A stretch of 64,000 nucleotides of DNA from contig JAHRHZ010000111.1 of assembly GCA_024137785.1 (NCBI GenBank), positions 4,855,380 to 4,919,379 of the forward strand, read 5' to 3'. This stretch comes from Ginglymostoma cirratum (taxonomy: Eukaryota). This document shows, piece by piece, positions 52,536 through 63,628 of this stretch (its first letter is position 1; the number at the start of each line of letters is the position of its first letter). Made by a program: the position numbers and the translations under genes. The notes under the pieces are model-generated. The model saw nothing but the letters and a program-made list of their open reading frames with translations, was not told where the DNA came from and made no database searches.

Positions 52536-53378
52536 ATTTTTTGTCTTTCTTAGTGGAGAGGTTAACTATTACTGTAGATTCAGGAGATGTGAACCACTTT
52601 TATTTTCAATTTTAAAATTATTTTTTCTTTATTTCTTTTCTGAATTTTTTCTCTTTCTTGATCTAATCTTTTTTGCTTTTGTCTGTCTTTCTGTATCTGA
52701 TTTGACTCACATCTATGCTTTGTTTTTTCTCCAATATTCCTGATTCCTTATTAGCTGTTAATGTCTTTGGTTAAATTGCTGAATTCTGACTTTGTTCACT
52801 AAGGTCTGAAATAGCCCATTGGCCTCACTGTGCCATTATCACATTGCGCTGTCAAGAACTGATAGATGTTACACCAAAGGTTGGAGGGGTCACTGTTTCC
52901 TTTTTTTTATTCCAAGCCCTCTAGTGATTGTTGCAATCAAATTTTAATTTTAATAAAGTTGGCACGTTAACATATTTTATAGGTCTCTGACAGTGTCAAG
53001 TTTCATGCATTAAGAACAAGTCAGCTAGGTTTGTTTAATCAACAGCAAGTTACCAAAAAATGAACTTGCTCAAATAAAGATTTAAAGATTAATGACAAAC
53101 TGATTAGACAATGAAAATTTCATATAAACTTATATGCATAGATAGATAGATAAGTATATATATATAATATACATATCATTTATTTGCAGATATATACATG
53201 TATACACACATCGACCTTCGAGGGTCTTCTGGTGCAGTGGCATTCACGAACAGAAGTTCTTGTTTCAGGACAAATCAGAATGTGAATGCCACGGAGGCAC
53301 ATACAAACAGTTTCTTTTATTTTTTTAAAATATATATATCTATCTTTCAAAGATGCAAACATGCACACATTTAAGTTT

Positions 53379-53596
53379 GGCAAGAATATTAATGAGGTCA
53401 GAAGGGTGGACCTCATATGAGTTCACTGATTGGGGCTGTTAATCTGGTCCAATCAGGGAGGCCTGGCTGACAAATAAAAACTGGAATGTCAGCCATCCTG
53501 TCACTCTGAGAGTGCTGAATTAGTGTTATGGACTTTTTAACATGTAAGTAAAGGGTGACTTGGTGATGGGATACTGGCCTCTGGGGAGTTATTTCA
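53379..53596 (+). repeat. 5' LTR
   Basis: atgagttcactgattggggctgttaatct...aaagggtgac..ggtgatgg...gttatttca matches 57942-58174. Confidence 0.9.
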
Positions 53597-53807
53597 GTGG
53601 TCATGAGAGTAAAGCACACTCTTGAAGAAGTTTGCTTATAATAGCCATCTTTCAGTTGGTATAAGTATTTCTGGCATTATGCTGTTATTTGGGAAGCTTT
53701 ATTCATTTGATCTTGTCATTGAAGTCTGGGTCCACAATGTGGAAAGAATACTTTCATTTTGAGGCAAATGACACCAGAGCAGATAAAAAGCAACAAGTTG
53801 TCTCAGG

Positions 53808-54006
53808 ATAATTACAAGGTGCAGAGCTGGATGAACACTGCAGGCCAAGCAGCATCAGAGGAGCAGGAAGGCTGATGCCCTGGGCTTAGACCCTTCCTGG
53901 GGTGTTGGCCTTCCTGCTCCTCTGATGCTGATTGGCCTGCTATGTTCATCCAGCTCTGCACCTTGTTGTCTCAGATTCTCCAGCATCTGCAGTTCCTACT
54001 ATCTCT
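53808..54006. mobile_element. Mini-PLE inverted dimer inserted in Gypsy gag
   Basis: acaaggtgcagagctggatgaaca... vs ...tgttcatccagctctgcaccttgt inverted; tail cagattctccagcatctgcagttcctactatctc. Confidence 0.88.
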
Positions 54007-56735
54007 AGAGTAGTTATCCTGACAGCTTGTGATCCTATAGCTTTTTCAGTTATTAGGAGCCTAACTTTTCCTGATGTGCAAGGTATCAAACTGTTTCAAG
54101 AGTTGAGATTTATTTAACGAATATGATGACCCCAAGGCTTCTCTAATTCTGAGATACTGTCAGTTTTACTTAGCAACTTGAGAACTAAGGAATTGGATTG
54201 GGACTTTTTGACTAGGTTAACTCTTAATGCTGAGAGACAACTTGACATGTGGGATTAATGATGTAACTGTGCAAAAGCACCAAATAGCTCAAGCCAAACT
54301 GGACTTTAAATAGGTGCTACAACTAGCTTTATCATTGGAAAATTGGGCAAGTGGAGCATATGAGTTGTAGGGTACTCTGGGAGTGGACACCCTTGCCAGT
54401 CTGACTGATCATGGGGAACACCTCTTAAGGAAGGTAATTGCATAGCCTCACTCAGGAAACATCCTGAATAGAGGCTCTCTAGATTTGCCCACAGCAAAAA
54501 ATGCTCAGACAAATGGTTAAATTATTTTCAGAATCAAGGCTTACAAGCCATTGCAGTTGCTGCTGGATTGCAGACTCAAGATGACAATAAAATCCCACTA
54601 GTACTAAATTGAGTGAGAACTCATACACTGGTATCCAGGAGAATGCACACCCTAGAAGGCCCACTACATCTGGGTTGGAACAGTTAAATTGCTAAGCAAC
54701 ATCCAAATCAGAATCAATCAAAATAAACATTGGGTTAAATGGTCACCCAGTTCTAATGGAGGTCAATACTGGCATGGTTGTCTCAGTGATTGCAGAACTA
54801 GTCTTTAACAAAACTCACTCTGGACTCCAACCCTTGTGTTTGTGCAAGAGTGCAGTTACACTGAGAACCTATGCAGATTTAGATTTTTAGATTGCAGATA
54901 CAGATTTAGGGTACAACTTTGGTTCTGGTCTCTTATGGGAAGCAACTGGTTCAATTATCACTGATTGTAGTAAAAGGCTTGGGCCCAAATTTGATGGAGT
55001 GAAATTGGTTGAGGAAAAATTCACCTAAATTAGCTCAATATTATTTGATTAGAAAATGGCTGCCTGATTGATGTCCTCATTGAATACCTGGAACTATTTC
55101 GAGGAAGTTCTAGGGACTGTCAACGGAGACAAGGCCACCTTACATGTTGACCAGGAAGCAATTCCACAATTCTACAAGGCCCACTCAGTGCCATTTGCCT
55201 TGTGAGCAAAAGTAGAGGCTGAAATCAGAAGGGTGGAAAGCAAAGAAATCATCAAACCAGTCCAGTTTGTGGAATGGGCAACACCAGTTATACTGATTGT
55301 GAAGCCCAATGGATTGGTTCACCTTTGTAGGGATTTAAAACACAGTATTTAATTTTCACAGCTTGATAAATACTCAGTCCCTCATGTAGAGGATTTATAA
55401 GCAAAGCTGACAAGGGGACTGTCCTTCACAAAGCTGGACATGAGCCATGTATACTTACAATTGCAGTTAGAAGAGGATTCCCAGAATTATGCTACAATTA
55501 ATACTCATAGGAGTTTGTTCCAATATGAGACTGCCATTTTGGGTATTGTTAGCCTGTGCAATTTTTCAGTGGACAATAAATGACATTTTACAAGGTGTAC
55601 CCCAGGTTGCCATTTATCTAGATTATGCACTAATAACAGTGAAAACCAATAAAGAGCATTTTGGGAACTTGGAGATCGTACTGAGATGTTTCTCCCAAGC
55701 AGATGTATGTCTTCGGGGGGGGGGGGGGTGTGAAATTGCACATTCTAGACATTCCAAGTGACTTATTTTGGCTACAGGGTCAACAGAACCAGGTTACAGA
55801 AGATAAAGGAAGAGCAATCAAAGGTGTGGCAGTTCCCACCTCTGTACTGGAGTTTAGGTCTTTCCTTGAGCTAATTCAGATATAACCTGGCCAATATTTT
55901 GACATTGTTGCATCCACTCCAAAAAGTGTCAGCCTTGGAAATGTTAGCATAGCCAAGCCATAGCTCTCTGGGACTTAAAGAAACAGTTATCATCCCCTGA
56001 GGTATTCACATACTATGGTCACAAGTGAGATCTGGTGTTGACATGTGATGTCTCCCCATTTGGCATTGGTGTAGTATAAACGCATTGGTGGCCAAATAGA
56101 GACATGCCCAACAATATAATAATACAGGTCTTTGGCTAATGCAGCATGTAAATATGCCCAGATAGAGAAGGAAGGTTTGTCGGTCACTTGGAATCAGGAA
56201 GTTCCACTAATACCTTTGCAGGTGTAAATTTGTAGTAATGGACTACAAATCCCTGCTACTTAAGTAGGCCTACATAAGGATGACAAGGCAGTCCTACCCT
56301 TAGCTTCAGGCCAAATTCAACAGTGGGCTCAATACTAAGTGTGTATAATTATAAGTTGGAGCATTGTCTGGGAGGCCAAGTAACAAATGTAGGTGCATTG
56401 AGCTGACTCCTGCTGGCAGATAAATCACCAGTGGTACTGCTACTGGAAGGGTTCATGAAGACTTTAAATTTTCTGGACACACTTCCAGTCACAGCTGACA
56501 ATATCAAACTATGGATGCAGAAAAATCCAGTTCTAGTAAAACTTAAACAGCTAAGGGTGATGGGGGAAACCAGAGGTGTGTCAGAATCAGAATTGAAACT
56601 TTTTTGGACCTGAAGAAGATGGTATATTATTGAGGAGCAAGAGTGCTTGCCCTAAGCAAAGGTCACTACCAGGTACTGGCTGAACTCCACCAGGGCCATC
56701 TAGGGGTTTCCAAAATGAAGATGTTGGTGAGAAGT

Positions 56736-56858
56736 TTCTGAAGAAGGGTCCAGACCAAAAACGTTAGCATTCCTACTCTGCTGCCTAGCCTCCTGTGTTC
56801 ATCCAGCTCTATACCTTGTTATCTCGGATTCTCCAGCATCAGCAGTTCCTACCATCTC
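56736..56858 (+). mobile_element. Mini-PLE monomer inserted in Gypsy integrase
   Basis: ttctgaagaagggtccagacc...accatctc; perfect 11-bp TSD tggtgagaagt (56725-56735, 56859-56869). Confidence 0.92.
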
Positions 56859-57941
56859 TGGTGAGAAGTGATGTCTAGAGGCCAGGACTGGATGCAGATA
56901 TAGCTGCATTGGTTGGACATTGCCCAGTGTGCCAACAAGAACAAAAATTGCTGCCAGCAACTCACCCATATTCATGGGAATGGCTGGGTAACCCTGGACT
57001 CTGTTACATATCAACTTTACAGCTCCTTTTATGGGCTCACCTTTCTTAATCACTGTGGATTCCCACTCAATGACTGGATGTGCATAGAGTTCACTTGTCA
57101 AGCACTAGGACGATAGAAAAACTGCATGAGTTTTTAATACATGGACTTCTGGAAGTGTTAATCACAGAAAATTGGCCATTGTTTACAAGCATGGATTTTC
57201 AGTATTTCCTAAAGTTGAATGGCATTCCATTATATATGGTCAGCTCCATACCATCCATCCAGTGGTCTGGCAGAAAGAGCAGTCCAAACTTTCAAGGTAG
57301 GTTTAAAGAAACACCATAGTTTCAGTAGATACTAAACTGTCCCAGTTCCTAGCTGATAATAGGACCATGCTTCATGCAGCTTCAGGGATAGCTCCAGCAG
57401 AGTCTCTAATGGGGAGAAGACTCCACATGAGGATAAATCTGGAGCTGGGGGTGATGGTGAGATGCCATCAGGAATCCCAAAGCTAGACACAACGCTTTGC
57501 TAAGTGAGATGGTTTACTTCCAGGAATGAAGTTTGGTATAAAAACCACAGGAGTGGTAAGAGGCATGGTCAATGAGGTCAGGTCGAATAGGTGCGACAGT
57601 CTTGAAAAGCATATGGACCAAATGAAAGCTGCAAAGGGGGCAGAAGCAAATATGCCCCACTCTTTGGAATAGTCATAAAGGTGGTCAGAACTCATGGGTC
57701 CTCCATTTCCATCAAGTGTTGAAGACCCTTCAGAATCTAAAGTGAACATGGCAGAGCTACCTTGATCCCTTTGCACCTGAAGAGAATGAATTGCTTCTGA
57801 GATGCTATGGGCTGAAGATGCAAACTACTGTGCATTACACCACCCGAATCAGAGGCAGACTTGGAGGAACCTGACACAGTGCTAAAACAGCCCAGGAGGA
57901 GCTACAAAAAAGTCAGCCTCTACCTGAGACTCGGGAAGGGA

Positions 57942-58174
57942 TGTAAAGGTTGTAACAAGGTCAGCTAGCTTGGCCTTGTAGAATGAGTTCACTGATTGGG
58001 GCTGTTAATCTAGCCTAATCAGGGACCCCTGGCTGACTTATTAAAAACAGGAGAATCAGACATCCTGTCACTGAGACCTGGCACTGAGGGTGCTGGATCA
58101 CTGTCAAGGACTTCCTACATGTAAATAAAGGGTGACGTGGTGATGGAAAACCAGCATCTCCTGAAGTTATTTCT
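57942..58174 (+). repeat. 3' LTR
   Basis: Starts TG immediately after the PPT; contains aataaa; aligns with the 5' LTR. Confidence 0.9.
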
Positions 58175-59015
58175 CCTTGGCCAAGTAATATTTCAACCCA
58201 TGAAAGGATAAATCATGGATTATCCCAAATCGTGTTCTGTGTCTAAACCTATTTTGCCTAAACTTATTTTGCATGTATAAACTCACAGCTCTGGGATGTC
58301 TCCCTGGAACAATTACAGCTGGGTGAATATCCTCCAACTGGAGACAATGTAGATTCTAACAAATCCTCTACAGACATCCTCCAAGAAGAGTAAACAGACT
58401 TATTGTGGGTTTTCAGCCCTCTCTCTTCCCCACCCTTTTCTCCTGATTTTTGGAAAGAAAAGAAGCAGGGGGCTGCTGCTTCTGAGGCAGCTATCCAATC
58501 CTCCATAAATTCAAAAATACAATTGTCTGGGCTGTGTGACCTTTCTCTACACATCCTCCTGACTCTAACTTCATTGAAATTCCCTGGTCCTTGCCAGTAT
58601 AACATTGTTATTGTTGTGCTCAGTGCCTCTTCCTTTAACAGTGTCTTGTATTTAAAAATTCAAAATATATTGATATTGGGGCCACTAACTCTCAATATCA
58701 GATTACATCTCTTTATAATTCAGCATAAATTGCTTGAGTTTAAACATAATGGTCAAGATCACAAAGCAAAGACATATCATAAGACCTGTGACTGCAACAA
58801 ATCGTAGGCCATCAACAATTTGGCTTCACCATAGCCGCCTCGAAATTCTGTGTCTGTAATGGCCAGAATTCTCTATCCTTGCTTCAGCAAAGCTCCTCAT
58901 CAAGAGCATTCAGCATCAACGTGGATTCCCATCTTGAATACTCACTCAGGGGTAGGTACTGAATGATAAGCACTGAGGCCCATCTCTCACTTAGAGACAG
59001 TAAAATATTTGGAAA

Positions 59016-59336
59016 GATCATGGAATCCCTGCAGTGTGGAAGCAACATCACATCCACACTGACCCTCCCATCCAGACCCACACTATCCCATAACCCTGCA
59101 TTTCCTATGTCTAATCTGCCTAGCCTGCACAACCCTGGATACTGAGGCAATTTAGCATGGCCAATCCCTCTAACTACATATTTGGTCTGTGGGAGGAAAC
59201 CAGAACCCACAAAGGAAACCCATGCAGACCAGGGGAGACTATGGAAACTCCAGACACAGTCACCCAAGACTGGAATCAAACCTAGGTTCCTGCACCTGTG
59301 AGGCAGCAACGCTAACCATTGAGCCACTGTCACCCC
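59016..59336 (-). mobile_element. HE1-type SINE
   Basis: atcatggaatccctgcagtgtggaagc tail; gtgaggcagcaacgctaaccattgagccac head. Confidence 0.87.
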
Positions 59337-59469
59337 AAAGAGTTTCAACAATAATTTTCAAGGGCAGTTAGTTGTACCACAGCGATTTCAAAATCTCACC
59401 AAACAGGTTGAAATGATAACATTTTCAAGGTCATTAAAAGCCTTTGCTCCGTATTCAATGGACATTTCT

Positions 59470-59855
59470 CTAGAAATACATCCAATTCTATTGGGGTTCA
59501 ACAGTATAGATGCTGAGAGGATTTTTCACAACATTCAGCAATCTAGAACAAGGGACATATGTTCAAAATCAAGGGTCTTTTATTTAAGATGCCAATGAGG
59601 AGAAATTTCTCCTCCCAGAGGGTCATTAGCTTTTAGAGGAGGGGCTCTTTCCCAATGATAAGTAGTGGCAGGGTCCTTAAACATTTTCAAGGCTTTGTTA
59701 GATAGTCTTCTAGTTGGTAAGGAAATTGGGGGTTATCGAGGTCTGACAGGAAAGAAGAAAAGGTCGAGTTAGAGCACCCATGACATTGGTTTATAGTTCA
59801 GACTTGAGAGGTTGAATGGCCTACCTCTGCTCATAAATATTTTCATGTTATGAAG
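59470..59855 (+). mobile_element. Old CR1 3' fragment
   Basis: gatgctgagaggattttt..tctagaacaagggacat; gaggttgaatggcctacctctgctc tail. Confidence 0.65.
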
Positions 59856-60413
59856 ATGTGTAGACAGAATTAATTCTATTAGTTAATCCTCTTCAGAGCA
59901 GCATAAGGCTAGGTTACAGGGATTAGGGAGGGATATAAGTTTCCATCTTATTCTGATAGCTCAAAAATATCATTGAAATTAAAATCACATTGCTTAAAAA
60001 TATTCTTGGAATTTCGAAATTTAAGGCAACAAATGCACTCAATCTTTACAATGTATCTTAAAGCTCTGTTGCTACATTATCAGTCTGAGCTTTTAAATTA
60101 TTTTTGCTGAAGTTATCTTTTAGATATTTTAGAACTGAACTCTCATGGAAGGCCTTCGGAGTTGTGTGGAGATAATTGCAGAATAACTCCTATTTGCAAA
60201 GATGTATTTACTAATCTGAGGTAAAAGCAGTGTCTACCGAAACAATGAAGCAATCTGTCAGTCTGAAAAGAGGAAATAACTGTGCTACTTCTGTTGAACA
60301 TTGCACTATAAAAGCCAAATCAACCCCTATTTCACTGAGTGATTTAACCCTTAATGCCCCTAGCCTGTGAAGTGTTTCCATTGCTCACTTCCAAATTTAT
60401 GGTGTGAGCCTCA

Positions 60414-60543
60414 GATGAAAGGAAAACACCTGCTGGACTTTGCCATCCTGATCATATTCCACTGCTCCTTTGTGCCCAGGTGAGATAATATTGGCTTCTA
60501 GTGCAATGCACATTGCAGTTGAATAGTCTGTGGGCATGCACTA
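60414..60543 (+). repeat. Probable donor copy of the 61461-61599 duplicate
   Basis: ctgct(g/a)gactttgccatcctgatca...gttgaatagtctgtgg aligns with 61461-61599. Confidence 0.93.
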
Positions 60544-60644
60544 GCTGAAAAATCATACGTTGGCAATACTAGAAAATAAATGAAATTACTTTTGCCATCC
60601 CACACCCTGTAATAATAAAAGATGCTGCCTTCTACGAAATCAAT

Positions 60645-60950
60645 CATAGAATTTGAATAAAATTTTGCAGATCCTTCTGAAATGAAATAGGTCATTTGGC
60701 CCATTGTGACTATGCTGCATTTTGAAACCGCCATCTCATTAGCACCACTCCCCTGCATTTTCTGCATATCCATGAAATGTTCTCCCCTGTAAGTAATTAT
60801 CTAATAACTTGCAATAATCTGTTATTGAACCTGCAGCCACTGGTCTTTCAGCCACTGCTTTCAAGATCATGATAACTTGCTGCCTCCAAAAAAGATTGAC
60901 TCTTCCCCATCTGGTTCTTTAGTCAATCACCTTCGATCTGTGACTTCTAG
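60645..60950 (-). mobile_element. Old CR1 3' fragment
   Basis: gaaataggtcatttggcccattgtgactatgctg tail motif. Confidence 0.55.
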
Positions 60951-61059
60951 GTGTTGTGTCAAAACAGTTGGATGCTGTTTGCTGTGAAGTCATGGATCTG
61001 AATGTCAATGGGAATAAATACCACACTGTAGGTGAAGTTACCATTGTCTAGAAAGAGCA

Positions 61060-61232
61060 CTGGGAGCCAGTTTAGTTCAGTTGGCTGGAGAGCTGGCTTC
61101 CAAAACAGTGTAATACCAAAAACATGGGCTTAATTCCCACACTGGTTGAGGTTACCATGAAGGATTCTCCGCTCACCAGAGATATGATGGCTCTGTGGTT
61201 AAATCACTACCCAGTCATCTATCTCTAATGAC
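61060..61232 (+). mobile_element. Probable tRNA-head SINE (another family), partial
   Basis: ttagttcagttggctgga (A-box-like) and gggcttaattccc (decayed B box). Confidence 0.45.
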
Positions 61233-61460
61233 ATGCACCATGCACCACGCACACACGATTGACTAGACAATACCTAATGCAAGTCAAAGCCTGGTACAAG
61301 ATCGCCATATATTATTTAGCATGGATGTTTAATAATAGAGTTACATAGCATGGAAACAGATCCTTCAGTCCAACTCAGCCCCTCCAGACAGATATTCTAA
61401 ACTGATCGAATCCCATTGCCAGTACTTGGCCCATATCCTTCCAAGCCCTTCCTATTTATG

Positions 61461-61599
61461 GATGGGAAACATCTGCTAGACTTTGCCATCCTGATCACAT
61501 TCCACTGTTGCTTTGTGCCCATGTATTGATGCCAGCTGAGGTAATGTTGGCTTCCAGTGCAATGCATATTGTAGTTGAATAGTCTGTGGACTTGTACTA
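61461..61599 (+). repeat. Direct duplicate of 60414-60543 embedded in CR1
   Basis: Direct alignment; CR1 sequence flanks both sides. Confidence 0.93.
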
Positions 61600-61827
61600 A
61601 ATGTTGTTAATGTACCTGCCTCCTCCACTTCCTCTGGCAACTCATTCCATACACTCACCACGCTCTGCATGAAAAAGTTGCCCTCAGATCCTTTTTAAAT
61701 CTTTCCCCTCTCACCTTAAACCTATGGCCTCTAGTTTTGGACTCCCTTACCATGGCTATTCACCCTATCTAATCCCATGATTTTACAAACCTCTATAAAC
61801 CCACCCTTTAGCCTCTGACACTCCAAA

Positions 61828-62186
61828 GGGGAGTCAATGGCCTAGTGGTATTATTGCTGGACTATTAATCCAGAGACCCAGATAATGTTCAGGGGACCCA
61901 GGCTCGAATCCTGCCATGGCAGATGGTGGAATTTGAATTTAATAAACATCTGGAATTAAGAATCTAATGATGAACATGAATCCATTGTTGATTGTCAGGA
62001 AAAACCCATCCAGTTCACTGGTGTCTTTAGGGAAGGAAAATGCCATCCTTACCTGATCTGGCTTATGTGTAACTCCAGACCCTTAGCAATGTGGTTGACT
62101 CTTAACTGCTCTTTGGGCAATTAGGATGGGCAATAAACGCTGCCTAGCCAGCAATGCCTTCATCCTGTGAATGAATTTAAAAAATA
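61828..62186 (+). mobile_element. tRNA-SINE family 2, near full length
   Basis: A box tggcctagtgg, B box ggctcgaatcc, tail gggcaattaggatgggcaataaa...tgaatgaatttaaaaaa. Confidence 0.9.
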
Positions 62187-63037
62187 ACTTCAGCCTTTCC
62201 CTATGGCGCAAACCCTCCAATCCCAGCAACTTCCTTGGAAGTATGTTCTGAATCCTTTCAAGTTTAACAACTTTGAAAATAAATCTGAAGTTAATCTTTG
62301 GCTTGCCTTCTCCTTGACTAATCCATACTTAACCAAACTCAGTGTGCCATAAGTACCATGACAAAGACTGGGGATTACCAATTCCTGTGCCACTAAAATC
62401 AGTTTCTCCTTTATATAATCTCTCAAAATCCTACAAGATAATTAAGTCCTCCATAAAATCTTCCCTTAACCTTTTCTATTGCAGGAACAATGATTAAGAA
62501 TAATGCAACTCAATGCTACAACATGATATGAAATTTAACCTCCAGATACAAAGTTATACTTTGAATTCAGACAGTTCATTGTGCTCTGTGCAAGTTATCT
62601 TTGTGTCAAACTTGAATCTTCATTGTGGGAAATGCATTGCCGGTTCAAATATATGTTGGCAAAACGTTTTTCAGTTCTTTGATATCACTAAGACCTATCA
62701 ATTAGAAATGAGAGAAGTTTTTTTGATTACTTTCTCACTTATGTAAGTGTATAAGCTTCTCCTCAAACAAAACTCTATTAGTCTCATGTCTGTCTCATGT
62801 TTGTGAGTTCCCTTTTTCTATGTCTTCTGAATTCTCTATCAGACTTATGATGTCTGGTTTATGTTAAGACCTCTAGTTTTGGGTCTCCTCTCGCCACAAG
62901 TGGCAATTGAGGTCAAACTGGATGGTCCTCAAACTGATACAGGGACCACGATGAATGGCAGACTCACGCCCATTGACTAATTTCATGCTGCATGCTCAAT
63001 TGAATGTTATCCATGCCAAGCAATAGTCATCCCAGTG

Positions 63038-63162
63038 ACAGTAGGAACGGCAGATGCTGGAGATTTCTGAAGAAGGCTCTAGGCCTGAAACGTCAGCTTT
63101 CCTGCTGCTCTGATGCTGCTTGGCCTGCTCTGTTCATCCAGCTCTACATCTTGTTATCTTAT
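63038..63162. mobile_element. Mini-PLE with an inverted tail
   Basis: 26-nt tail on the minus strand (63038-63063), body on the plus strand from tttctgaagaagg (63064); perfect 11-bp TSD tcatcccagtg (63027-63037, 63163-63173). Confidence 0.92.
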
Positions 63163-63429
63163 TCATCCCAGTGTTCATTGATTGGACTCATCAGCAAGGT
63201 GTCAATATTGCAATATTGTGGGTGGTAATAACACCACATTAAGCAAACCTGGATGGTTTAAAGCTAGCCTGCACTTCTTAAAGAGGAGGTGCATGTAACA
63301 TCACATAGATTGAGCCTACACTACTGTAGCTCTGAAAAAAGAAGAAAAAAAGAAATGTAGCTGCTGGGTGATGCGGTTGAAGAGAATCTGACCTGGCAAA
63401 GAGCTGAGGAATGGCACAGCAGGATGAAA

Positions 63430-63628
63430 AGTGGGGCACAAGAAGTTCAGAAACTACACTGGCGGCCTTAATGGAGGATATGGAAAAGAGATCAGGATGA
63501 GAAAAGTGATTCAGGCAGGGTCAGAAATTATCAAGACCAGATAACCATAGAAGACAGTGACAGGATTTTCATCCAAGATCTGAATGCAGTACGACCATAA
63601 GTTTAATGACCTCATAGTGGTCAAGTCA
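63430..63628 (+). pseudogene. Harbinger-type Myb/SANT-like (MADF/trihelix) ORF remnant
   Basis: SETTLAALMEDMEKR and MQYDHKFNDLIVVK resemble 'FSDxxLExLVExVxxR' and 'xQCRKKFNDL'. Confidence 0.55.

Larger units (their letters stand above)
53679..57420 (+). pseudogene. Gypsy gag-pol pseudogene (many stops and frameshifts)
   Basis: Protease LNGHPVLMEVNTG (about 54735); RT EWATPV, FTKLDMSHVYLQL, RLPF, VAIYLDYALIT; RNase H LVLTCDVSPFGIG, YAQIEKEGL; integrase ELHQGHLGVSKMK, PYHPSSGLAERAVQTFK. Confidence 0.92.
53379..58174 (+). mobile_element. Ty3/Gypsy LTR retrotransposon, full-length but decayed
   Basis: Two LTRs; PBS-like gtggtcatgag; gag-PR-RT-RH-IN order; PPT gggaaggga at 57933-57941. Confidence 0.93.
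61335..62275 (-). mobile_element. CR1 3' fragment with a templated patch (61461-61599) and a SINE (61828-62186) inside
   Basis: cagcatggaaacagatccttcagtccaactc-like tail; ctccacttcctctggcaactcattccatacac (VWNELPEEV on the minus strand). Confidence 0.87.

Noticed and set aside
53248-53281. Hammerhead on the minus strand (ctgat...gaaac)
   Set aside because: Reads CUGAUUU rather than CUGANGA, and no proper stem II
55715-55728. Poly-G run as a programmed frameshift or G-quadruplex
   Set aside because: Homopolymer expansion within a dead RT; length also prone to sequencing error
58264-58807. 113-aa and 134-aa overlapping ORFs
   Set aside because: No recognisable domains; lengths compatible with chance
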